Origin: Bacteroidota bacterium
GTDB lineage: Bacteria; Bacteroidota; Bacteroidia; NS11-12g; UBA955
Reading direction: 5' to 3'
Assembly (NCBI GenBank): GCA_030830065.1
Contig: JAURNR010000029.1
Location: 2,710 to 66,709 of the forward strand
DNA length: 64,000 bases
The translations under genes and the position numbers were made by a program. This document shows positions 37,968 to 46,490 of the stretch, in pieces (position 1 is the stretch's first letter; each line of letters starts with the position of its first letter). The notes below the pieces were generated by a model. It did not search any database and was not told where the DNA came from. It worked only from the letters and a program-made list of their open reading frames with translations.

Positions 37968-39811
37968 TTCGTAAATCCTCATTTATTACACATTTACCAT
38001 TTGGGATAATCCTAATTCTTGCAGCAATTCTCAGAATATGGGATATTCATGAATTCCCTATGGACTCTGATGAGTTGGGATCATTGTTTAGGGCATTAGA
38101 AAACCCTGATTTCAGTAATCATATTGCAAATGGAGTGATGATTGATGGTCACCCGGCTGGAGTTCAAACAATAATCTGGGTGTTAAGCTCATACTTCAAA
38201 TCTGAAGTTTCATTTAAAATCGTTTGGCTGTGCTTTAGTCTACTAAACTCAATATTGATATATACATTAACCACAAAGCTTACTAATAGACCTATTGCCT
38301 TATTAAGTTCTATTTTTTGGAGTTTTCTACACTTTCCAATCGATATGAGTATCTGGGTAAGGCCATACGAGATGGCCTTATTTTTTGAATTACTTTTCTT
38401 TTATTCACTTTTGGCGCTGCCAATTAAGAGAAAATACCATTTTATCGTTTTAGGAATTAGTTTGGGGTTAACTGGGTACATGCACTATTTCGCATTACTC
38501 ACTTCAATTATAGGATTATTAGTTTTCACTAAATTGGGTAAAAAACAAGAGATTTTCAATTCATTGAAAATTCTTGGTATTGCCGCATTATTACAAATTC
38601 CAGCACTTGGTATTTGGTCGCAACATTTTTTTAATGAAAAAGGGCTTAGTTGGCTTGGCAAACCCGAAATAGGATTCTTGTTTGATCATTTGTATTTCAT
38701 CTTTAACCAATCAAATTTAGTTAGTCTTAGTATCTTGATATTAGTAGGTATTTCTATCCATTTTCATTTGAGAAATAATTGGGAAAATATCCCCTGGAAG
38801 TTGCTTTTTATATTTCTCCTTGCCTTTGGTGTGGTTTGGGGATATTCATATTGGATAAAACCAATTATTCAACATCATGTTCTTTATTTCATGCTCCCCT
38901 TTTTGTTAATATTCTTATCGCATTGGATCATTAATGCCTCACCAAAATGGTATCGAATAACAATTTTATCTATTTTACCTTTAATATTAATTCAAAGTTT
39001 CCTGATAGAAAACAATCATTATTCAAACTGTAAACTAGACAAATATCACTCTCCTTTATTACAATTGTCCGTTATTAAATCTAACAATACAAAAACTCCA
39101 ATTCTATTTGATGGGCCTCAAGATATTATTGATTACAAACGCAAGCAATTTCCAGAACTAAATCTGATAAATGTAAATACTTTTGATTGGGACAATTGCT
39201 ACAATCAAATTGCTGAAGAATCTATGGATTCATTCTATGTGGTAACTAACTCTGGAAGTAATGACCGATTCCTACCCTATCTAACTGAAGTTTTCAACCC
39301 AATTCATATTCCACTTACTCAAAATGGATTTTATACTTTTCCAGGTAGTCAGATCAATTTATTTTCAAAGTCGAATCACAACAAAGAACCTTACAACTCG
39401 AAAAAAATAAGCATTAAGGCGGACAGCAATTATTTACTACCATTTTCTGAACTTGCAACTAAGTTTAATGGTATACAAAAAAATGACTTGATTTATATCA
39501 GATGCATAGATTCTCTGAAGGGCGAAAGGCATTTAGTATCTGCAATTTTTACGCCTATTTTCAACAAGGCTTTAAGACAAAATGACTATCGATTTACTTC
39601 AAACACAAAGCGCATTAATGACTCCATTGTAATCCATTCTGTTAAGTTGAGCGATATTCCTAATTGGAATAATGAGAGCACACTCAGGATTTCATATGAA
39701 AACAAGAATAGCAGTACTTCCAACTACGAATTTGATATGAGTATTACAATGCAAAAGGGGAATCCCTTTTTATATGGAATACCCCCGAATCAAATACTGT
39801 CGTTGAATTAA
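37964..39811 (+). CDS. GT-C fold membrane glycosyltransferase-like protein (GT39/ArnT-like) with C-terminal soluble domain
   Basis: About 11 hydrophobic helices. The first-loop acidic motif FPMDSDELGS is placed like the DE motif of ArnT/PMT enzymes. A ~250-aa non-membrane C-terminus follows. The TTG start overlaps the upstream stop. Confidence 0.55.
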   Translation: MIRKSSFITHLPFGIILILAAILRIWDIHEFPMDSDELGSLFRALENPDFSNHIANGVMIDGHPAGVQTIIWVLSSYFKSEVSFKIVWLCFSLLNSILIYTLTTKLTNRPIALLSSIFWSFLHFPIDMSIWVRPYEMALFFELLFFYSLLALPIKRKYHFIVLGISLGLTGYMHYFALLTSIIGLLVFTKLGKKQEIFNSLKILGIAALLQIPALGIWSQHFFNEKGLSWLGKPEIGFLFDHLYFIFNQSNLVSLSILILVGISIHFHLRNNWENIPWKLLFIFLLAFGVVWGYSYWIKPIIQHHVLYFMLPFLLIFLSHWIINASPKWYRITILSILPLILIQSFLIENNHYSNCKLDKYHSPLLQLSVIKSNNTKTPILFDGPQDIIDYKRKQFPELNLINVNTFDWDNCYNQIAEESMDSFYVVTNSGSNDRFLPYLTEVFNPIHIPLTQNGFYTFPGSQINLFSKSNHNKEPYNSKKISIKADSNYLLPFSELATKFNGIQKNDLIYIRCIDSLKGERHLVSAIFTPIFNKALRQNDYRFTSNTKRINDSIVIHSVKLSDIPNWNNESTLRISYENKNSSTSNYEFDMSITMQKGNPFLYGIPPNQILSLN

Positions 39812-39813
39812 TT

Positions 39814-40695
39814 TTATAGCCTAGGCTTAACAATGGTAAATACTCGTGACAAGTTAAATCCTAGTCGTATTCCTACATTGTTCCACTGCTCAGTTGTATT
39901 ACTAATAAATTGTGTTTCGTTTAAACCAATGCTGTTGGTTAGCTGAAACTGAAATACATGCCCCCCTGTTTCAACATCCATTCCCACAGAAAAACTATTG
40001 TACACATTGCCTTTGTTCGTTAACACAGGTATGTATTCAAGGTTAATACTGCTCCTTGGAGTGATTTTTTGACGCATTCCAATTCCTAATGCCCATTGCT
40101 GTTCATAATAAGTCCATGGTCCTGTGGTGATAGGATTTCTTGCATTTGTTAACCATGTTGGTGCAATTTCTACCGATAAATCTTCGGTAAATTTTCTACC
40201 AATAATTAATTGACCAAAGAATGATGATCTATCTAGTTGGGTTTTGGAATCGTGTGCAGAACCGAGTAAATATTGAGCTCCTCCAAGGGCAATTAATGTA
40301 ACTGGAATAGAGTTATCTGTATTTTGCTGAAGAATCCGATACTTTAAAAAGGCATCTAAATTTTTATTTCCTAGAACATTACTTCTTCCCATAGAAATCA
40401 TCAAATTATCAACTATTCCATATTCTAATCCAAATCTAACGGTGGCTTGATCAAGACCAAAGGCTTCTACCGGGCCATTATTGATTGAACCAAAACGATG
40501 CATCATTTTAAAATCAAGCACACCAAAATCTGTAATTTCTAAACTCTGAAGGTTCACTACTTTGGTTGTTTTGAAGGCATAATCAACCGGATATACTTGT
40601 TTTTCTTCATCTCCAAGTAAATCAAAATCATCATCTTGGGCATTGAGGAAAACTGTATTCAAAAAGAATACTGCAATTAATAATTTTCTTACCAT
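39814..40695 (-). CDS. DUF5777-type outer-membrane beta-barrel protein (paralog B)
   Basis: Signal peptide MVRKLLIAVFFLNTVFLNAQ. Motifs MMHRFGSI, GRSN and GGHVFQFQLTNS are shared with the upstream paralog. Confidence 0.6.
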   Translation of the reverse strand: MVRKLLIAVFFLNTVFLNAQDDDFDLLGDEEKQVYPVDYAFKTTKVVNLQSLEITDFGVLDFKMMHRFGSINNGPVEAFGLDQATVRFGLEYGIVDNLMISMGRSNVLGNKNLDAFLKYRILQQNTDNSIPVTLIALGGAQYLLGSAHDSKTQLDRSSFFGQLIIGRKFTEDLSVEIAPTWLTNARNPITTGPWTYYEQQWALGIGMRQKITPRSSINLEYIPVLTNKGNVYNSFSVGMDVETGGHVFQFQLTNSIGLNETQFISNTTEQWNNVGIRLGFNLSRVFTIVKPRL

Positions 40696-41615
40696 CTTCT
40701 TATTAAATTAAAGCCCAAACAAAATTGATCTATACTTGCGAAAGTGGGATCAGTTACTAAAAAGTACGGTTCATTCATTGATCTAGAGTTCGTAAGATTA
40801 ATTTGAAAAACGTGGCGTGGGGTAAAATATTCAAACCCAATTCCATAGGAGGGTGTTGATTTTTCGTAAGGCTTGTTAATTCCTTGAATAATGGTGCTCG
40901 CCTCCGCCGTCAAAGCTAATTTTGGAATTAACTGTAATCTAGAATACGCGGAAATTACAGGCATGGTATTCGACCTATCACTAGCATCAACCAAATTAAA
41001 GTGAACCACTCCTGGAGATACTCCGAGAACTAAATTTTCACCCGCTTGATAAGATGCGAGTAGTTGATTGGTAAACATCATTCGATGCGTAAAGAAATAT
41101 GGATCCAGTCCCCAATCTGCATTTCTCCTGCCGTCCACGGCTAAATCAGACAACAAACTCAATTGAAACTTCTTATCAAAACCACCTATTAAATTCCATT
41201 TGGCATAGGAGTTATAGGTTTTTTGAAGTGATGATCTCCCTGCTCCAATTGTTAATCTATTACCTACGGCAAAATCAAAACCAATACGCATACTGTTGAG
41301 GTTATCAATACCCCAAAGGTTTTCTGCTCCAGAGGAGATGGTTCCAAAACGATGTTGTATGGACACTTCAAAAGTCCCTTTTGGTAGTGTTGCAGTTGTT
41401 TGTCCGGTAATTAGCCTTAAACTTTTAAAGTTGGCACTTGTTTCAGGCAGTGGTTTATCGAAGTCAGCCACTTTAACTGGAGCTTGCTCCACAATTATAT
41501 TTACAGAATCTGAATTATTCTTCTGGGTATATGTATCATTATTTCCTCCAAACAATGAAACGATGGGCGCCAGGATATAGGTTGCAAACCATTTAGATAT
41601 CGATATTGTGTTCAT
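40689..41615 (-). CDS. DUF5777-type outer-membrane beta-barrel protein (paralog A)
   Basis: Motifs IQHRFGTI, GAGRSS and PRHVFQINLTNS are present. It has an ATGA overlap with the upstream cytochrome gene and a 7-nt overlap with paralog B. Confidence 0.6.
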   Translation of the reverse strand: MNTISISKWFATYILAPIVSLFGGNNDTYTQKNNSDSVNIIVEQAPVKVADFDKPLPETSANFKSLRLITGQTTATLPKGTFEVSIQHRFGTISSGAENLWGIDNLNSMRIGFDFAVGNRLTIGAGRSSLQKTYNSYAKWNLIGGFDKKFQLSLLSDLAVDGRRNADWGLDPYFFTHRMMFTNQLLASYQAGENLVLGVSPGVVHFNLVDASDRSNTMPVISAYSRLQLIPKLALTAEASTIIQGINKPYEKSTPSYGIGFEYFTPRHVFQINLTNSRSMNEPYFLVTDPTFASIDQFCLGFNLIRRW

Positions 41616-41989
41616 GGTTTCATTCCTTGATTAATCCAAGATTGTATTAAATTAATTTTACAATTAGAGAGTTTTGAATCATTTTTTGGCATGTTACTCG
41701 CAGTTCCATCCCAAAGTATAGAACCCATAAATTTGCCTCGATTTTGGTTTACGTAATCAACCGTTGTTTGAAAATCATATATCTCAATACCCGCTGAAGG
41801 ATTATTTCCTGAATGACAACGAGCACATCTCCTTGAAATAATTTGTTCGATATTTATCCCATATGTCACTGAAGAAGTATCGCATTCATTATCGCCATAC
41901 AAATCTTCAACATTATCGTTATAACAAGCTGAAATAACTGTAACAAAAACAATTAAAACAACGGCTATTTTAGTTTTCAGGACATCCAT
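41612..41989 (-). CDS. small c-type cytochrome-like lipoprotein (one PSCyt1-like module, CxxCH)
   Basis: From Met12: MDVLKTKIAVVLIVFVTVISAC (lipobox). It carries CARCH (CxxCH), an NMP Met candidate ligand and the C-terminal LIQSWINQG. It overlaps the upstream gene by 20 nt. Confidence 0.65.
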   Translation of the reverse strand: MDVLKTKIAVVLIVFVTVISACYNDNVEDLYGDNECDTSSVTYGINIEQIISRRCARCHSGNNPSAGIEIYDFQTTVDYVNQNRGKFMGSILWDGTASNMPKNDSKLSNCKINLIQSWINQGMKP

Positions 41990-42617
41990 CTTGTATCCAT
42001 TTTTGAAGTTGTTTAATCTCACAATCGGTCATTATTTGAGAATTACCTGGAGGCATTAATGGGTAACCATTACCATATAACACACCCATTAACTTTCCTG
42101 AAGTTCCGATAGATTTCATTGCAGAATGTAAACTCAAATCTAAATTACCGGAAGCCCCTGGGTAGGTATGACATCCTATACAATACTTTGTGACTAAGGG
42201 AGTAACTGCTTGAGAGTAGGTATACACATTTGAATCGCAATCGCTGCTGCAGTTCATGCCATTTTCTGCCCCGCCTGCAATCCAGGCTTTGATAATTGCT
42301 TTTTGATCGGCTGACATAGGATTTTTCGGTGGCATTTCATTTTCTAAAATTACCTCATATAATTCAGAACCGTCAGGGTTACCTGCTTTCACTCCTTTTC
42401 GGGTGATTGTTGCGTAATTAGTAAGGACATATCCATCTTCTGCTGTAGCCGCATCATGACAACCGCTTGTTGCACAATTGGAAACAATCAGCGGTAAAAC
42501 ATCACGTTCAAAACAAATAGAATCGGAATCTACAGTAGGGATTACTTCATGTTTACAAGACATGAAAAATAAAGGAGCAGCAAATGCAATAAAGGCAAGG
42601 CTGTTAAAAGAATTCAT
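41970..42617 (-). CDS. c-type cytochrome-like lipoprotein with two PSCyt1-like modules (CX4CH and CxxCH)
   Basis: Lipobox PLFFMSC. Module 1: FERDVLPLIVSNCATSGCHD...EMPPKN...IKAWIAGGAEN. Module 2: VTPLVTKYCIGCHTYPG...LMPPGN...LQKWIQDGC. Confidence 0.65.
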   Translation of the reverse strand: MNSFNSLAFIAFAAPLFFMSCKHEVIPTVDSDSICFERDVLPLIVSNCATSGCHDAATAEDGYVLTNYATITRKGVKAGNPDGSELYEVILENEMPPKNPMSADQKAIIKAWIAGGAENGMNCSSDCDSNVYTYSQAVTPLVTKYCIGCHTYPGASGNLDLSLHSAMKSIGTSGKLMGVLYGNGYPLMPPGNSQIMTDCEIKQLQKWIQDGCPEN

Positions 42618-42632
42618 AGTTTTGATTCGTTT

Positions 42633-43187
42633 TTACTTAGATTTTTTGGGTTCTAGTTTTGCTTCGAAATGAATGGTGATTCTATTAGATATCTGGTTAA
42701 TATTATTTTTTGGAATCGCGATTTTATAGTCGCTCAATAGTACATCAAAGTTTCCAGACATGACCACTTCATTTTTATTTTTTTGTATTGTTCCGGTAGC
42801 AGAAATTTCTTTTTCAACACCATGCATTTTCATTACACCCGATACTTTAACTTCCTGTTCTCCATCTTTGAGTTTGAAGTTTTCTGGTTCAATTACTGAT
42901 CCTTTAAAGTCGGCATTAGGATATTTGCTGGACTCCATATAATTCTCTTGAAAGTGGGTTTGCATTAATTTTTTCTCAAATTCAAAAGAGTTAACTGGGA
43001 CACGAAACTGAACTTTCCCTTTGTTGGTAAAAGCAATTGTTGGTTGATGATTAATAGCCTCGAATTCTTCAAAATCTGTTTTGCTCACAAATCTAATGTG
43101 TGCATCAGTACTTTTGTAAACTTGAGATGATGCTGCTCCTACAAAGAATATAGAAGCCATAAGGAGGATGATTGAATATTTTTTCAT
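42633..43187 (-). CDS. YceI family periplasmic (polyisoprenoid-binding-like) protein
   Basis: From Met9 (MKKYSIILLMASIFFVGAASSQ). SKTDFEEFEAINHQ..., MHGVEKEISATGT and the length fit the YceI lipocalin-like domain. Confidence 0.7.
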   Translation of the reverse strand: MKKYSIILLMASIFFVGAASSQVYKSTDAHIRFVSKTDFEEFEAINHQPTIAFTNKGKVQFRVPVNSFEFEKKLMQTHFQENYMESSKYPNADFKGSVIEPENFKLKDGEQEVKVSGVMKMHGVEKEISATGTIQKNKNEVVMSGNFDVLLSDYKIAIPKNNINQISNRITIHFEAKLEPKKSK

Positions 43188-43192
43188 TTGAA

Positions 43193-43642
43193 TTATTTTT
43201 TGATTGAACAACGACTAAAACTTACAATGATTTCAGATAATAAGTCATCGGGATCGTCTGGAAGTGATATGCCGTTAAATTTACATTGGCATGTAACTGA
43301 ATCTCTTTCTTTAATATTTTGCAAATCGATATTTTGTGAAGGATCAAAAGCGGCTCTAACGATTACCGTTTCATCAGTATTTACATCGAGTTTGATCTCA
43401 CTTTGGGAATCATCAATCTTAATCGAAGATACATCTCCGCTAAACTGAATTACTTTATCTACATATTTTGAGTTGAACAGGCTGTCATTTGTTTCAATTC
43501 CTTCATTTACTAAATCTTCAATTGATAATGTAAAATCCGCATTCCCATCTGCAATTTTAGCGGTTGGCTGAAACCAAAAGAATAGACCAGTTATTCCCGC
43601 TATCGCTACAAGAATTAAAACAATTAATCCAACTTTTTTCAT
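43193..43642 (-). CDS. membrane-anchored OB-fold protein (tRNA_anti-like family)
   Basis: N-terminal TM helix LIVLILVAIAGITGLFFWF. SKYVDKVIQFSGDVSSIKIDDSQSEIKL...DSVTCQCKFNG...IVSFSRCSI fits the tRNA_anti-like OB-fold pattern. Confidence 0.6.
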   Translation of the reverse strand: MKKVGLIVLILVAIAGITGLFFWFQPTAKIADGNADFTLSIEDLVNEGIETNDSLFNSKYVDKVIQFSGDVSSIKIDDSQSEIKLDVNTDETVIVRAAFDPSQNIDLQNIKERDSVTCQCKFNGISLPDDPDDLLSEIIVSFSRCSIKK

Positions 43643-43665
43643 AATAAGGGTTTAGTTTTGTTGTA

Positions 43666-45339
43666 ATGTTCACTTATACTAACAAAAATAAGATGATTTA
43701 CCCCCAAAAAGTTTGCATTTTTTTTACTTTTTTATTTGCAATAAATATCAATTGGGGACAGCAAGACATTGAAATTCATACTGCTAAAAAGATTTATTGC
43801 GTAAATGATTCTTTCAATAATGTGGAATGTTTTGCTGTAAAAAACGGGATTATTCAATTTACAGGAAGCATTGATTCAGCAAAAAATAAATTTCCAAATG
43901 CCAAAATCATTAAGCATCGTGGATATATATTTCCAGGTTTTAATGATGCACATTGTCACTTTCTAGCTTATTGTAGAGGCATAGAAGAATTGCAATTATT
44001 TGGCACAACGTCTAAACACGATATACGTAAAAAACTAAAAAAGTTTGCCTGTAAACATAGAAAACGTAAATGGATTATTGGCAGAGGTTGGGATCAAAAC
44101 ATTTGGCCAGAGAACAATTTCCCCACTCATAGCGACCTCAAGGGTGCCACTGAAATTCCAACTTGCTTGAGCCGTGTTGATGGACATGCTATTTGGCTAA
44201 ACAAGGCAGCTTTAGAATCTCTTAATTTAAATTACGACACTACAATAGTTGGAGGTGAAATATTAAAGCTAGCAGATGGTTCACCGAGTGGAGTATTCAT
44301 TGATAAAGCGGCAGATTGGATTCAAGAAATCATTCCAAATATGGATGAAGACCTATTAATAAAAGCGTTAAAATGTGGAACTGAAGATATTATAAAGGCA
44401 GGTATAACCTCAATTTCAGAAGCTGGACTAAGTTTTAATCAGATTAATTTCTTACATCGCATGCAAGAATTAGGGATACTGCCAATTAGAATCAATGCAA
44501 TGCTGAGTTCAAGCCAAGAAAATTTAAATCATATTAGTAAGGGTGATTTACCAAAAACCGAAAAGTTAAGGGTTCGATCAATGAAATTTTATCTTGATGG
44601 CGCACTAGGTTCCCGGGGAGCATTACTTAAACATGATTATTGCGACCGTTTACATCATAAAGGGTTACAGCTAATGGATGCTAATGAATTTAGATATTAC
44701 GCTAATTTTTTAATGCAGAAAAACTATCAAGTATGTGTACATGCAATTGGAGACAGCGCAAATAAAATTGTGATTGATGCATTCACAAATACTTTAGTCC
44801 CTGATTTTGATGCCCGTTGGAGAATTGAACACGCACAGATAGTAGATCTTGAAGATGTAAAAAAGTTAAAAAACTATAGTGTGATTCCTTCAATTCAGCC
44901 AACTCATGCAACATCAGATGCGCCATGGGCGTTTGAACGATTATGCAACTCAAAAGATGGTCATAACCCTCAAGAGGGAGCATATGCATACAAGACCTGG
45001 TTAGATTCCATGGGATATGTTGCCTTGGGCACTGATTTCCCTGTTGAAGGAATAAGTCCAATTGCTACATTCTATTCCGCAGTATTTAGAAAAGATTTGA
45101 ATGGATCTCTTGAGCAAGCATTTCTTCCCAATCAATCATTAAGTAGACAGCAAACTTTACTAGGTATGACTCTGTGGGCCGCAAGGGCAGAATTCACTGA
45201 TAATTACAAGGGAAGTATCGAAGCCGGTAAATACGCAGATTTTGTTGTTTTGAATAAGGATATCATCGAAATCGAAGAGTCTAAATTTAAACGAGTAAAA
45301 GTAAAGCATACCTTTATTGGCGGAGAAAAAGTACACTAG
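43666..45339 (+). CDS. amidohydrolase family protein (YtcJ-like metal-dependent hydrolase)
   Basis: GFNDAHCHF (HxH metal site), VHAIGD, RIEHAQ and GTDFPVE are present. The true start may be Met10 at 43693 (MIYPQKVCIFFTFLFAIN, signal-like). Confidence 0.75.
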   Translation: MFTYTNKNKMIYPQKVCIFFTFLFAININWGQQDIEIHTAKKIYCVNDSFNNVECFAVKNGIIQFTGSIDSAKNKFPNAKIIKHRGYIFPGFNDAHCHFLAYCRGIEELQLFGTTSKHDIRKKLKKFACKHRKRKWIIGRGWDQNIWPENNFPTHSDLKGATEIPTCLSRVDGHAIWLNKAALESLNLNYDTTIVGGEILKLADGSPSGVFIDKAADWIQEIIPNMDEDLLIKALKCGTEDIIKAGITSISEAGLSFNQINFLHRMQELGILPIRINAMLSSSQENLNHISKGDLPKTEKLRVRSMKFYLDGALGSRGALLKHDYCDRLHHKGLQLMDANEFRYYANFLMQKNYQVCVHAIGDSANKIVIDAFTNTLVPDFDARWRIEHAQIVDLEDVKKLKNYSVIPSIQPTHATSDAPWAFERLCNSKDGHNPQEGAYAYKTWLDSMGYVALGTDFPVEGISPIATFYSAVFRKDLNGSLEQAFLPNQSLSRQQTLLGMTLWAARAEFTDNYKGSIEAGKYADFVVLNKDIIEIEESKFKRVKVKHTFIGGEKVH

Positions 45340-45386
45340 TCATTATTATCATTGAATTATCGGATTTTTTGTGCAACCTTTGATTC

Positions 45387-46490
45387 ATGATTTCTACCCG
45401 TTTCAAGACTATTGCTATTAACCTTTGCTTTATAAGTATAAGTACTCAAATTGTGGTTTCTTGCAGCGAGACTGTTTCATACTATCAGCCTAGTAAAAAA
45501 ACCTTAATTCATTCTGTATATGCGAGTGCCCATATAGAATCAGCGGATCAATATGAACATAGAACAGAAGTTAGCGGACGATTAACTCATTATTTTGTTA
45601 AGGAAGGTGTTGAAGTTAATGCGGGAGATAAAATTGCAGAATTAGAACAACTAATTCCAAATATTAATATTTCAAATGCAAATGAGGCATACAAGTTGTC
45701 TGTCGCCAGTAAATCTCAACTTTCAGAGTTATCGATTCAATTGAGTCAACTTGAAGATCAAATGAAGCTGGATTCAATCAATCTAAGTCGTCAAAAAAGA
45801 TTATTCCAGAAAAATGTGGGCAGTAAATCTCAATTAGAAAATTTTACAATTAAAGCAAAATCAAGTAAGAGTTTATTCGAGGCTACTCGTAAGAAATACG
45901 AATTACTTGCAGAGCAAATAAAGGCTAGTATAATGCAATCAAAAAACAATTATGAACTTGCTCAAGCAAATTCGAATAAATTCTTTATTTATGCTTTCAG
46001 ATCTGGAAAAGTTTATTCATTGCCAAATGCCGTTGGAAGCATTGTAAATCGACAGCAACCTTTTGCAATTATTGGTAATAATGAAGATTTTACGATTGTA
46101 ATGGAGGTAGATGAAGCAGATATCTCAAAAATATCGGTAGGACAAGAAGTTTGGGTAAAATTAGAAGCTTATGAAAAAAGCTTTAAAGCGGAGTTAACCT
46201 CAATTAGGCCGCTTTTAGATGCTAGAAATCAAACCTTTAGAGCTGAGGCAAAGTTCATATCAGAAATCCCAACATTATACCCTGGACTAAATGCTGAGTG
46301 TAATATTATTATAGATCGCAAAGAAAATATACTTGTACTTCCTAACAGGTTAATTGAAGGAGATAGTGTGGTTTATACCCAAGATGGTGTCAAATCCGTC
46401 AAAATAGGCTTAAAAAACCAAATTGAAAGTGAAATTATTAGTGGTTTAGTGGAGTCGGATAAGATTAAAGAACCCGAAAATGGGAAATAA
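45387..46490 (+). CDS. HlyD/MacA-type periplasmic adaptor (membrane fusion protein)
   Basis: Barrel-sandwich/lipoyl hairpin (GRLTHYFVKEGVEVNAGDKIAEL), a long coiled-coil middle and a beta-barrel C-terminus. It is first in an operon with an FtsX permease and an ATPase. Confidence 0.75.
   Translation: MISTRFKTIAINLCFISISTQIVVSCSETVSYYQPSKKTLIHSVYASAHIESADQYEHRTEVSGRLTHYFVKEGVEVNAGDKIAELEQLIPNINISNANEAYKLSVASKSQLSELSIQLSQLEDQMKLDSINLSRQKRLFQKNVGSKSQLENFTIKAKSSKSLFEATRKKYELLAEQIKASIMQSKNNYELAQANSNKFFIYAFRSGKVYSLPNAVGSIVNRQQPFAIIGNNEDFTIVMEVDEADISKISVGQEVWVKLEAYEKSFKAELTSIRPLLDARNQTFRAEAKFISEIPTLYPGLNAECNIIIDRKENILVLPNRLIEGDSVVYTQDGVKSVKIGLKNQIESEIISGLVESDKIKEPENGK

Noticed and set aside
41612-42617. 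The two overlapping cytochrome ORFs as one frameshifted three-module gene
   Set aside because: The downstream ORF has its own start and a complete lipoprotein signal peptide (MDVLKTKIAVVLIVFVTVISAC). The 20-nt overlap therefore looks like translational coupling of two genes.
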